Source: Phycisphaera mikurensis NBRC 102666 (GTDB lineage: Bacteria; Planctomycetota; Phycisphaerae; Phycisphaerales; Phycisphaeraceae). From it: a DNA stretch of 32,000 nt. Below are positions 16,352 to 23,480 of this stretch, piece by piece. Location: positions 60,001 to 92,000 of the forward strand of contig NC_017080.1 of the NCBI RefSeq assembly GCF_000284115.1. The letters run 5' to 3'. A program made the translations under genes and the position numbers. Below the pieces are notes generated by a model. That model ran no database searches. It was given only the letters and a program-made list of their open reading frames with translations, and was not told the DNA's origin. Position 1 is the stretch's first letter. The number at the start of each line of letters is the position of its first letter.

Positions 16352-17203
16352 GTGCCCGCTGTCCGCCTGCCGATCTCCATCCTGATCCTCGTGAAGGACG
16401 AGGAGGAGCACCTACCGCTGCTGCTGGAGACTCTCGGCGGATTCGAAGACATCGTGGTGCTCGACTCGATGAGCACCGATGGGACAATTGAGATCGCCGA
16501 GGCCGCCGGATGCAGGGTGGTCCGCCGCCAGTTCGACACGTGGGCGGAGCACCAGAATTGGGCGATGGAGAACATCGAGTTTCGCCACCGGTGGGTCTTC
16601 TACCTCGACGCGGACGAGCGGATGACTGACGCCGTCCGCGGCGAGATTCATCAGATCGCGGCGTCCCCGCAGGAGCCGCCGCCGCACCGGGCGTACTACG
16701 TCGGGCGGGACAACCGCCTCTTCGGCCGCTCGCTCCGGCACGCCATGGGTGGCGGCGTGGTGATGCGCTTCTTCCAACCCGCGCACATCCGCTTTGCGCG
16801 GCGTGTGAACCCGCAGCCTGTTCTTGAGGGGGAGCCCGGCTACCTGCGGAGTCGCTTCATCCATCACCACTTTGCGCGTGGCTTCGCCCAGTGGTTCGAG
16901 AAGCACAACCGCTACGCGGGCTGGGAAGCGCAGGAGTGGATCGAGGCGGTGGACGCAACGCCGCTGCGGTGGAAGCCGCTTTTTGCACGCGACCGGAACA
17001 CGCGGCTACAGGCGATCAAGCGAGCGTCCTTCCACCTGCCCTTCCGCCCGCTGCTCAAGTTTCTGCACATGTACCTCTGGCGGCGAGGCTTCCTTGACGG
17101 AAGCCCGGGCTTCCACTGCTGCGTGCTGATGAGTATTTTTGAGTACATGATCGGGCTCCGGGTCAAGGAGATGCGACGCCGCAGCGCAGGAAAGCCGGTC
17201 TGA
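16352..17203 (+). CDS. Glycosyltransferase family 2 (GT-A), paralog of 15318..16274, divergently transcribed
   Basis: MPAVRLPISILILVKDEEEHLP…VLDSMSTDGT…FYLDADE. The C-terminal half is co-linear with the neighbour (…FAKGMEAWLAKHNGYARREA… versus …FARGFAQWFEKHNRYAGWEA…). Confidence 0.85.
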   Translation: MPAVRLPISILILVKDEEEHLPLLLETLGGFEDIVVLDSMSTDGTIEIAEAAGCRVVRRQFDTWAEHQNWAMENIEFRHRWVFYLDADERMTDAVRGEIHQIAASPQEPPPHRAYYVGRDNRLFGRSLRHAMGGGVVMRFFQPAHIRFARRVNPQPVLEGEPGYLRSRFIHHHFARGFAQWFEKHNRYAGWEAQEWIEAVDATPLRWKPLFARDRNTRLQAIKRASFHLPFRPLLKFLHMYLWRRGFLDGSPGFHCCVLMSIFEYMIGLRVKEMRRRSAGKPV

Positions 17204-17216
17204 CAGAGCGTTGCCG

Positions 17217-18899
17217 TCAGTCGAATGACGATCGCTCCAACGACAGACCTTCCCTCATAAGTCTGAGTGTCTCCAGCCGCCACGCGCTCTTGGGAGACCA
17301 CGACTCGTGCCCCCAGATCGCAACAGCGTCCGCTTCCTCAAGAGCGACTTCGAGTTGCAGGCGCCAGAAGTCGGTGCTGGCGCCTTTCGCGGTCCAGAGG
17401 AAGGCGATGACGGGCTTGCCAGCCTCCTTCGCCTCGTCCAGCATCGCTCGCGCTCGCGACACCCACAGTTCGTGGGTCGGCCTCGCACCAGCTCCCGTGT
17501 CCCACGCGTAGATCGCCGGGAAAATAAGGTCCACCGCGTCCACGAGCCGCTGTGCCTCGCGGTTGAGTTGCTGCTGCGCGGCGAACATGCCCGGATTGGA
17601 AGGTTCGGGATACCGCCTCGCCTGCACGTAAGTGTATTGCGGGAAGATGCCCCAGTAACCGAGGCGGACACCGGGACGTTCCTCGCGGAAGATCTCTAAG
17701 AGGCGAATCAGCCGATCGATCGCGCTAGTGCGTGCTGCACTGTCTTCCGTCAAGACGGGCCAGTGCTCTACATCGAGGCAGTACATCTTCGCCTCGGGAA
17801 GTCGGCGGATGCGTTCGCGTATCTCCGACTCCGGCGGCAAGGTGTCCCAATAACCCGCTTGGCCGCGACGGAAGCCGAGGTGTCCCGGGTAGATGACGTG
17901 GAGTCGCCTCACCGGCAATCCTTCCCAGTCCACTGGCTCATCGAACGCGGTCGCGTCGAAGATCCGATCCGCCCAAGCGGCTGAGTCTGCGGCCTTCGGT
18001 GTCAGGTCAGGATCAACCGCGGAGCTGATCGCATCCGGCGCGGAATCCTGAACCGGAGCGGCGCTCGCCGATCCTGCCGCAGGGAGATGAACCAGCGCCA
18101 CCTCTTCGGATCCGTTGCTCTGCATCGCGGCACCGGCGATGCGTGCTCCCGCGGCTCCCTCCGCCGAACGCTCCGGGTTCGGAAGAGGCACATCGTCTCC
18201 AGCGCCCGCTGTCGATGGTGCCGAACGGGGTCTTGAGCTCGGAGCAGGAGTCGGCAAAGCGCTCAGACCTCCGGACGAGGCATCGCCCGCCGCAGTTCCG
18301 CCACCGGTTGGTGCGGGCTGAGAGACTTGCGTGCCCGGGAGCAGCGCTCCCCTCAACGCACGGGGGGGAGATTGGACCGCTTTCGAAGATCTGCCCGCCA
18401 GCGACGGCGGGGCGTTCCAACGCGGCAAGGCGACGGAGGACCCGGCCACCAACTCCGCTGTGTCGATAGAAGCGAGATTGGGGCGGATCCGATCGAGAGA
18501 AGGAGGCGCCGGCAGCGGGCTCTCCGTTTCCGGCGAGGATTCGCGATCGGGCTCGACGGACGTCCGGACCCGGGGCACCGCGCGAACGTCCGATGCCCCA
18601 TCGGAGCTCTTCGTGGCTCGGGCCTTCGCAAACGGCCGCACCTCTTGCGTCGGGACGAGGGCGGGGACACGGAAGGCGGAGGGGGTGCCCGCCTCCGCTC
18701 GGGCAGAAGCTGGCGGGTGGAACCAGAGCGTCAAGCTGGCGCTGCTGCCCAGCGCGAAGGCCGTGAAGAGACAGACTGCGACATGGTGGTTCACGAGGAC
18801 ACTCCCGACGGCGAACCCTTCGCCATCGGCTCCGCCCGGCGCTCGCTCAAGGTGCATCGAGCGAACACGGCCGGCCTCATTCGGCGCTGTCAGCGTCAC
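17217..18899 (-). CDS. Membrane-anchored protein with a long Ser/Pro/Ala-rich linker and a C-terminal GH56 (hyaluronidase)-like domain
   Basis: There is a signal anchor (VAVCLFTAFALGSSASLTLWF) and a roughly 230-aa low-complexity linker. The C-terminal domain of about 250 aa carries, in order, CLDVEHWP, RLGYWGIFPQ, DLIFPAIY, KPVIAFLW and ADAVAIWGHE. The start is either the GTG at 18899 or the ATG at 18857. Confidence 0.72.
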   Translation of the reverse strand: MTLTAPNEAGRVRSMHLERAPGGADGEGFAVGSVLVNHHVAVCLFTAFALGSSASLTLWFHPPASARAEAGTPSAFRVPALVPTQEVRPFAKARATKSSDGASDVRAVPRVRTSVEPDRESSPETESPLPAPPSLDRIRPNLASIDTAELVAGSSVALPRWNAPPSLAGRSSKAVQSPPRALRGALLPGTQVSQPAPTGGGTAAGDASSGGLSALPTPAPSSRPRSAPSTAGAGDDVPLPNPERSAEGAAGARIAGAAMQSNGSEEVALVHLPAAGSASAAPVQDSAPDAISSAVDPDLTPKAADSAAWADRIFDATAFDEPVDWEGLPVRRLHVIYPGHLGFRRGQAGYWDTLPPESEIRERIRRLPEAKMYCLDVEHWPVLTEDSAARTSAIDRLIRLLEIFREERPGVRLGYWGIFPQYTYVQARRYPEPSNPGMFAAQQQLNREAQRLVDAVDLIFPAIYAWDTGAGARPTHELWVSRARAMLDEAKEAGKPVIAFLWTAKGASTDFWRLQLEVALEEADAVAIWGHESWSPKSAWRLETLRLMREGLSLERSSFD

Positions 18900-18933
18900 C
18901 GGTCCAGACGTCAGGACCAGTCACCTCCAGTGG

Positions 18934-19737
18934 TCAGTGATTCATCCAGGCTGCGGACCAGCCCCGAGACGCTTCTACAATTGCGTCCGCAGACGCGACC
19001 GGCAACGGCTCCGGCGCGAACACGATGACCCCTTCGAAGGCAGGCCACAACTCGGCGATCTCCCACGCCCAAGCTTCATCGGGAACAGGTCGGCCAGCCA
19101 GCTCGCCCCATTGCTTCGCTTGAGGGTGAAGCCAAGCCCACGTCACGAGATAAACCGGCTTGTCGAAGTTCGATTTCGCGATCCGCAACTGCTCAAGAAC
19201 GGCTCTGGCATGTGCATCTCGATCCGGCGTTAACGCATAGCCGTAGACGGAGGTGAAATCACACCAACCTTCCAGGCCGTCGTCACCCCGCCTCAACGCC
19301 AGCCAGTGCCGGACTTGCTCGGCGTCGGGACCCTCCGGCTCGCTCCAAGCAAACTCGCGGTAGAGCGACTCAGCCGCCGTGTAGAAGACGCCGATCCGCC
19401 GATCGGGACCGATCCGGCGGAGCGCCGGAAGCACCTCCCGCCAGTCCTTCGCTTCACCCCGCTCTTTGTTGTAGAACAAAGGCCCGGGAGGCAGATCCAA
19501 CATGCCCCGCTGACGCAGCCAGGCGTTTCCGCCGAAGCGGAAGCCCCGGTGCGGATCGAGCACGAGGTGGTCAGGAATCCAGACCATCGGGCGGGCGACC
19601 TCGGCGAGCGCGCGGTCCAGAGGCGGCGCTCCCGGCGGGGCCGCGATGTACACCAGAGGTCCGTCGGGCAACCCCGCCGCGGAAGCGGCACCTCCGCTGT
19701 CGAGCGACGACAACATGACCACGCAACCCCACAGCAT
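18934..19737 (-). CDS. Shorter paralog of the C-terminal domain of 17217..18899, with signature residues substituted
   Basis: By-eye co-linearity is FYNKERGE / RIGVFYTAA / CDFTSVYGY / KPVYLVTWAW / FEGVIVFAPE. The start is taken at ATG 19737 (MLWGCVVMLSSL…). The upstream part of track ORF 18934..19896 overlaps well-coding sequence of the divergent gene and has poor protein character. An alternative ATG is at 19716. Confidence 0.6.
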   Translation of the reverse strand: MLWGCVVMLSSLDSGGAASAAGLPDGPLVYIAAPPGAPPLDRALAEVARPMVWIPDHLVLDPHRGFRFGGNAWLRQRGMLDLPPGPLFYNKERGEAKDWREVLPALRRIGPDRRIGVFYTAAESLYREFAWSEPEGPDAEQVRHWLALRRGDDGLEGWCDFTSVYGYALTPDRDAHARAVLEQLRIAKSNFDKPVYLVTWAWLHPQAKQWGELAGRPVPDEAWAWEIAELWPAFEGVIVFAPEPLPVASADAIVEASRGWSAAWMNH

Positions 19738-21220
19738 CAGCCGCAGCTCACCCCCAACCGAGCGACACCGCCCGCTGAAGAACCAAGCTCGCGTGCTGTT
19801 GCGTCTCGCTCTGGTGCTCTTCATCGTCATTGCGGTCCTGCTTCTCGTGCAACGAGGGTTTCTGCGGGGTCTCGATCGTTCACTCGACCTCACCATGATC
19901 TATGCGGCGGCCAAGGCATGGCTCACGGGCCGCGATCCATACGCTTTTGCGCCCCTGTACGACCTGTATCTCGCTTCCGGAGGAACCGACAAGGCCCGCG
20001 ACGCCGATCAGTTCACCAGCCTCTACCCACCCACAACCTACGCGCTGCTCTCCCCCTTGGGACTGCTCTCTTGGCCAGCGGCGAAAGCCGCTTGGCTCGC
20101 CTTCAACGGCTTACTCATCGGGTTCTGCGTCGCCGCCATGCTCCTGTTGCGGGCCCCAGGACTCCGCAGAGGTTCTTCCCTGCAGCTCGGTCTTTTGGGG
20201 GTGACGCTGGTCTGGGCACCACTCCACACGGCTCTCTCGCTCGGCCAGCTCTCCGTCGCATGCACGGCGGCGGTTCTCCCGATTGCGGTCTTCGCGGGCA
20301 GGAAGCCCGGCACCGCCGTTGCGGTCATGGCAGGGAGCGCGTTGGGCGCGGCGGGCGCCTTGAAGCCTCAACTCCTATTCTTGTTGGGTCCTGCGATTTT
20401 GCTGACTCGATGGCGTGCCGCAGGTCCGATCGCAATTGTTGCGGCTTCGGTCGTTGCAGCGGTGGCGATCGTCCGGGTTTCAGGCAGTGCCCCGAACTGG
20501 TGGGACACTTGGATGCAGAACGTTGAAGCATTCACCAGCAGCAGCATCGGTCGTCCGGATCCTGCCAATCCGCAATTCCATGAGATGATGCACCTCGAAA
20601 CCATCGTCGGTTTGGTTTTGCCCGCCGCGGAAGGATCTTGGCGCACCCTCATCGCGACGGTGCTACCCGTCGGAATCTTCGTGCTCGCCGGGTCGGTGCT
20701 GCTGGTCCGTCACCGCCTGCAACCGCTTCCTGCCGAGGACGCTCGAGCTTGGCTGGCTCTCTCCGCCGTTCTTACGGTTCTCACCGGCTATCACCGCTCT
20801 TACGATGCAACGCTGTTGCTGGTCGCCCTTGTTGCATTGGCGGCGCGTGCGGCGGCGAGGCCGTCCTCCATCGTGACTTGGCTGATGGGCTTCGCGGCGG
20901 CGGCGTTTCTCGTACCCGCTCCGTCCGTCTTCGTCGCGATGACAAGACGAGGCCTGCTTCCTCCCGCTTTAGCCGAGGAGCCGCTGTGGCAGGCCACGGC
21001 GCTTCAAGCCCATAGCTGGGCGGCTCTCGCCTGGGCAGCATTGATACTTCGGGACCTCCTCAGCCCGCCTCAATGGAAAAGCAAGCCTGGGCGTGATGAT
21101 TCCCTAATGGTCGATCGCGATCCTGATGGACTGCTCCCCGAGTCAAGTCCTGGTGGTTCTCCATTGGGTCGCCTAACGCGTGGCGCGCCAGGCAGCCGGG
21201 AACGTCGGCGGCCTCGTTGA
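19715..21220 (+). CDS. GT-C fold glycosyltransferase, GT87/DUF2029-like (paralog 2 of 3)
   Basis: LDLTMIYAAAKAWLTGRDPYAFAPLYDLY…SLYPPTTYALLSPLGLLSWPAAKAAW… and GALKPQLLFLLGPAILLTRWR are co-linear with paralog 3. The start is taken at ATG 19715. The last roughly 55 codons (about 21060-21220) have poor GC3, so the native C-terminus is doubtful. Confidence 0.8.
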   Translation: MTTQPHSISRSSPPTERHRPLKNQARVLLRLALVLFIVIAVLLLVQRGFLRGLDRSLDLTMIYAAAKAWLTGRDPYAFAPLYDLYLASGGTDKARDADQFTSLYPPTTYALLSPLGLLSWPAAKAAWLAFNGLLIGFCVAAMLLLRAPGLRRGSSLQLGLLGVTLVWAPLHTALSLGQLSVACTAAVLPIAVFAGRKPGTAVAVMAGSALGAAGALKPQLLFLLGPAILLTRWRAAGPIAIVAASVVAAVAIVRVSGSAPNWWDTWMQNVEAFTSSSIGRPDPANPQFHEMMHLETIVGLVLPAAEGSWRTLIATVLPVGIFVLAGSVLLVRHRLQPLPAEDARAWLALSAVLTVLTGYHRSYDATLLLVALVALAARAAARPSSIVTWLMGFAAAAFLVPAPSVFVAMTRRGLLPPALAEEPLWQATALQAHSWAALAWAALILRDLLSPPQWKSKPGRDDSLMVDRDPDGLLPESSPGGSPLGRLTRGAPGSRERRRPR

Positions 21221-21299
21221 GTGTGGGGACGAGGACCGAGACGGGGGTGCGGGGGGCGGGGGAGTCGCTGCCGGGCTTGAGCTCTTCGGACGCTGGCAT
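21185..21299 (-). pseudogene. Orphan 5' fragment of a GT2 glycosyltransferase gene (polyprenyl-phosphate glycosyltransferase-like N-terminus)
   Basis: The minus frame from ATG 21299 reads MPASEELKPGSDSPAPRTPVSVLVPTLNEAADVPGCLAR…, which carries the canonical GT2 N-terminal motif VSVLVPTLNEA. High GC3 and protein-likeness are lost after about 35-38 codons. The fragment overlaps the tail of the convergent GT87 ORF. Confidence 0.35.
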
Positions 21300-21387
21300 G
21301 AAGGCCGAAGCGTAAGGGGATGGGATGCCCGCAACCTCCGGTGAGAGAGGATGTGGAACGCCGAGCATGTGCCGGATGCAAGGCGTG

Positions 21388-21417
21388 TTGACGACGCCGA
21401 GCAGCGCTGCCGGATAT
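21388..21417 (+). promoter_or_regulatory. Candidate sigma70-like promoter of the AbrB-PIN operon (near-leaderless)
   Basis: TTGACG lies at 21388-21393, followed by an 18-nt spacer and GGATAT at 21412-21417. The ATG at 21427 is only 10 nt downstream. The -10 match is weak, and the promoter consensus for this organism is unknown. Confidence 0.2.
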
Positions 21418-21426
21418 GCTGCACGC

Positions 21427-21717
21427 ATGATGCATTCGACCGTCACCGGGAGGGGGCAGACCACCCTGCCCGCCGCTCTGCGGGCGCGGCTGGGCTTGAA
21501 GGCGGGCGACCGGATCGTCTATGAGGAACGCGACGGCGACGTGGTGCTGCGGGTGCACCCGGGGGTGCGGGCGGTGGCCGGGATGCTCCACGCGGAGCTT
21601 GTGCGGCGCTCCGACGGCGATTTTGAAGCGGAGCGAGAGGCGGCGCACGAGGCCTGGGGGCGTGACGGAGCCGGCGAGGCAGGCGGCGGCGACGGTGCGA
21701 GCGGCGGTGGCCGCTGA
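21427..21717 (+). CDS. vapB: AbrB/SpoVT-type antitoxin (VapB-like)
   Basis: MMHSTVTGRGQTTLPAALRARLGLKAGDRIVYEERDGDVVLRV is a typical looped-hinge-helix (SpoVT-AbrB) DNA-binding domain. Its stop overlaps the toxin ATG (TGATG at 21715-21719). Confidence 0.8.
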   Translation: MMHSTVTGRGQTTLPAALRARLGLKAGDRIVYEERDGDVVLRVHPGVRAVAGMLHAELVRRSDGDFEAEREAAHEAWGRDGAGEAGGGDGASGGGR

Positions 21718-22163
21718 TGCCCCCGCCGCGGCCGGAACCGGGATCACCGACCGCGGAGAGGTGGTGGATCGACACGAACGTGGTGGTCCGCCTGGTGACG
21801 GGGGACCCGCCGGTGATGGCAGAGCAGGCCGCCGCCTTCCTGGAAGAGAGCACCCGCTCCGGTCGGCCGCTGCGGCTGGACCCGCTGGTGGTGGCGGAGG
21901 CGCTGTACGTGCTCACGTCCTTCTACGGGCTGCCGCGGGCGGGGGCGGTGGAGGCGCTTCTGGCGGTGGTGGGGCTCCCGGGGCTGCGCGTGGAGCAGCG
22001 GGCCGCGGTGCTCCGGGCGCTGGAGCTGCACCGGGCCACGCCGAAGCTCCACTTCGTGGACGCGTGGCTGACGGCGCGGGCCGAAGCCGCCGGGGACGGC
22101 ATGGTCACCTTCGACGCGGGCATGGCCATAGCGGCGGGGGTGCCGGCGCTGCGTCCAAGGTGA
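21717..22163 (+). CDS. vapC: PIN-domain toxin (VapC-like ribonuclease)
   Basis: WWIDTNVVVRL…PLVVAEALYVL…LHFVDAWLTA…MVTFDAG carries the four acidic PIN positions (D, E, D, D) in the canonical order. Confidence 0.85.
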   Translation: MPPPRPEPGSPTAERWWIDTNVVVRLVTGDPPVMAEQAAAFLEESTRSGRPLRLDPLVVAEALYVLTSFYGLPRAGAVEALLAVVGLPGLRVEQRAAVLRALELHRATPKLHFVDAWLTARAEAAGDGMVTFDAGMAIAAGVPALRPR

Positions 22164-22178
22164 ACGACGTCGGTGCAA

Positions 22179-22481
22179 TCACGCTCGGAACACGGCCGCG
22201 GAGTCCAGGCTCCGGGCGGCCGCGGCGAGCTTCTTGTCGGGCGTGGCCGGGGCGACACCGTGCCGATCCGCTACGTCCAGCCAAGCCGCGTCGTACGCGA
22301 AGAGCCCGAAGCGGCGTGACAGCGCCACGACGCCGACGCACGCGGAGGAGGGTTTCATCCGGAGAGGCAAGTCGCCCGGGCCGGCGAGGAGCACATCGGT
22401 GAAGACGGGTTCGACCCGACCCCGGGGCTCATCCGCCAGCAGGACGTTGCGGACCCCGTACCAGATGATCCATGGCTTCAA
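22179..22481 (-). pseudogene. PIN-domain (VapC-like) toxin lacking its N-terminal strand and first acidic residue; probably frameshifted
   Basis: The ORF starts at a TTG directly after an in-frame TGA and gives (M)KPWIIWYGVRNVLL…FAYDAAWLDVADRHGVAPATPDKKLAAAA, the C-terminal two thirds of a PIN domain. The expected N-terminus (MQPVIAVEA…) is encoded in the antitoxin frame, 1 nt out of register. Confidence 0.55.
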
Positions 22482-22761
22482 CCGCGATCACCGGCTGCAT
22501 CCGCCCCTCGTCCCGCCAGAACTGTGCCTCGGCGCGGGTGGTTCCTTTGACCCCGCCCCGGGAGGCGAGCAAAGTCTCGACCGCGGACTCCACCCGTTCT
22601 CGCTGGCACGACTTGTCGGGGATCAGGCGTGCCACCACCTCGCCGCGGCGGGTGATCGCGAAGGCTTCTCCCTTCGCGACACGCTCCAGGAGGTTTGAAA
22701 GTTGCGCTTCTGCCTCACGAGACCCGGTCTCTTCTTCGGTGCTGGGTGCTTGCTGCTTCAT
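22429..22761 (-). CDS. Phd/YefM-type antitoxin with an abnormal C-terminal extension
   Basis: MKQQAPSTEEETGSREAEAQLSNLLERVAKGEAFAITRRGEVVARLIPDKS… is the Phd/YefM N-terminal fold signature. After …FWRDEGR the frame continues 24 codons (MQPVIAVEAMDHLVRGPQRPAGG) into what looks like the toxin start. The upstream 254 codons of track ORF 22429..23523 are Pro/Arg-rich off-frame sequence. Confidence 0.65.
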   Translation of the reverse strand: MKQQAPSTEEETGSREAEAQLSNLLERVAKGEAFAITRRGEVVARLIPDKSCQRERVESAVETLLASRGGVKGTTRAEAQFWRDEGRMQPVIAVEAMDHLVRGPQRPAGG

Positions 22762-22856
22762 CTCGACGCTCCTGTCGGCCGGTCGGATCGACCGGCCTGG
22801 GACCGGCCCGGCCGCATCCGGCTCCGCCGGATCCACCCGGCAACCAGGTTGCAGGG

Positions 22857-23480
22857 CTACTGGCACCCCACCCCGCACACGGCGAGGTACTGGAGGCCGG
22901 GGGTGAAGAGCCAGCGGTAGGGGCGGGGGTAGAGCTGGAGGGAGGTGGTCTCGTGGGCGGGGTGGAGGCCGGCGGCGGCGAAGCGGTGGCGCCAGCCCTG
23001 CGCGTCGGGGTAGTCGTAGAGGCACTCCACGCCGTAGCCGGTGTTGGCGGCCCAGTCCATGAGGCAGATGCGGGCGTGGGCAAGCGGCAGCTGGCCGCCG
23101 GGGTGGTGGTCCTTGACGATGACCAGGCGGCTGGCGACGCGGGCGCACTCCGTCAGGACGGCGACGGGGTCGGGGTCGTGGTGGAGGACGTCGGCGACGG
23201 TGACGACGGAAAACGCGCCCGCGGCGAAGGGGAGGCGGCGGCCGTCGTAGGGCGTCACCGGGATGGGTTCGCCGCCGCGGGGGTGGGTCTCGGCGCCCTC
23301 GGCGTGCAGGCCGGGGACGGCGGAAGCGAGGGCGGCGGCCAGGGCGCCACCGCCGCAGCCGAGGTCGAGGAGGCGGTCGGTGGGCTCGAGGTGCGGGGCG
23401 AGGGCGGCGGTGAGCGCGGCCTGCCGGCAGCGGTAGACCGGGGCGTGGAGGCGGCGGGCGAGGGGGGCGAGGAGGCTCAT
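22857..23480 (-). CDS. Class I SAM-dependent methyltransferase
   Basis: The internal ATG at 23480 gives MSLLAPLARRL…DRLLDLGCGGGALAAAL (motif I) …FSVVTVADVLHH… Length is 207 aa. The start forms an ATGA overlap with the upstream stop. Confidence 0.85.
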   Translation of the reverse strand: MSLLAPLARRLHAPVYRCRQAALTAALAPHLEPTDRLLDLGCGGGALAAALASAVPGLHAEGAETHPRGGEPIPVTPYDGRRLPFAAGAFSVVTVADVLHHDPDPVAVLTECARVASRLVIVKDHHPGGQLPLAHARICLMDWAANTGYGVECLYDYPDAQGWRHRFAAAGLHPAHETTSLQLYPRPYRWLFTPGLQYLAVCGVGCQ

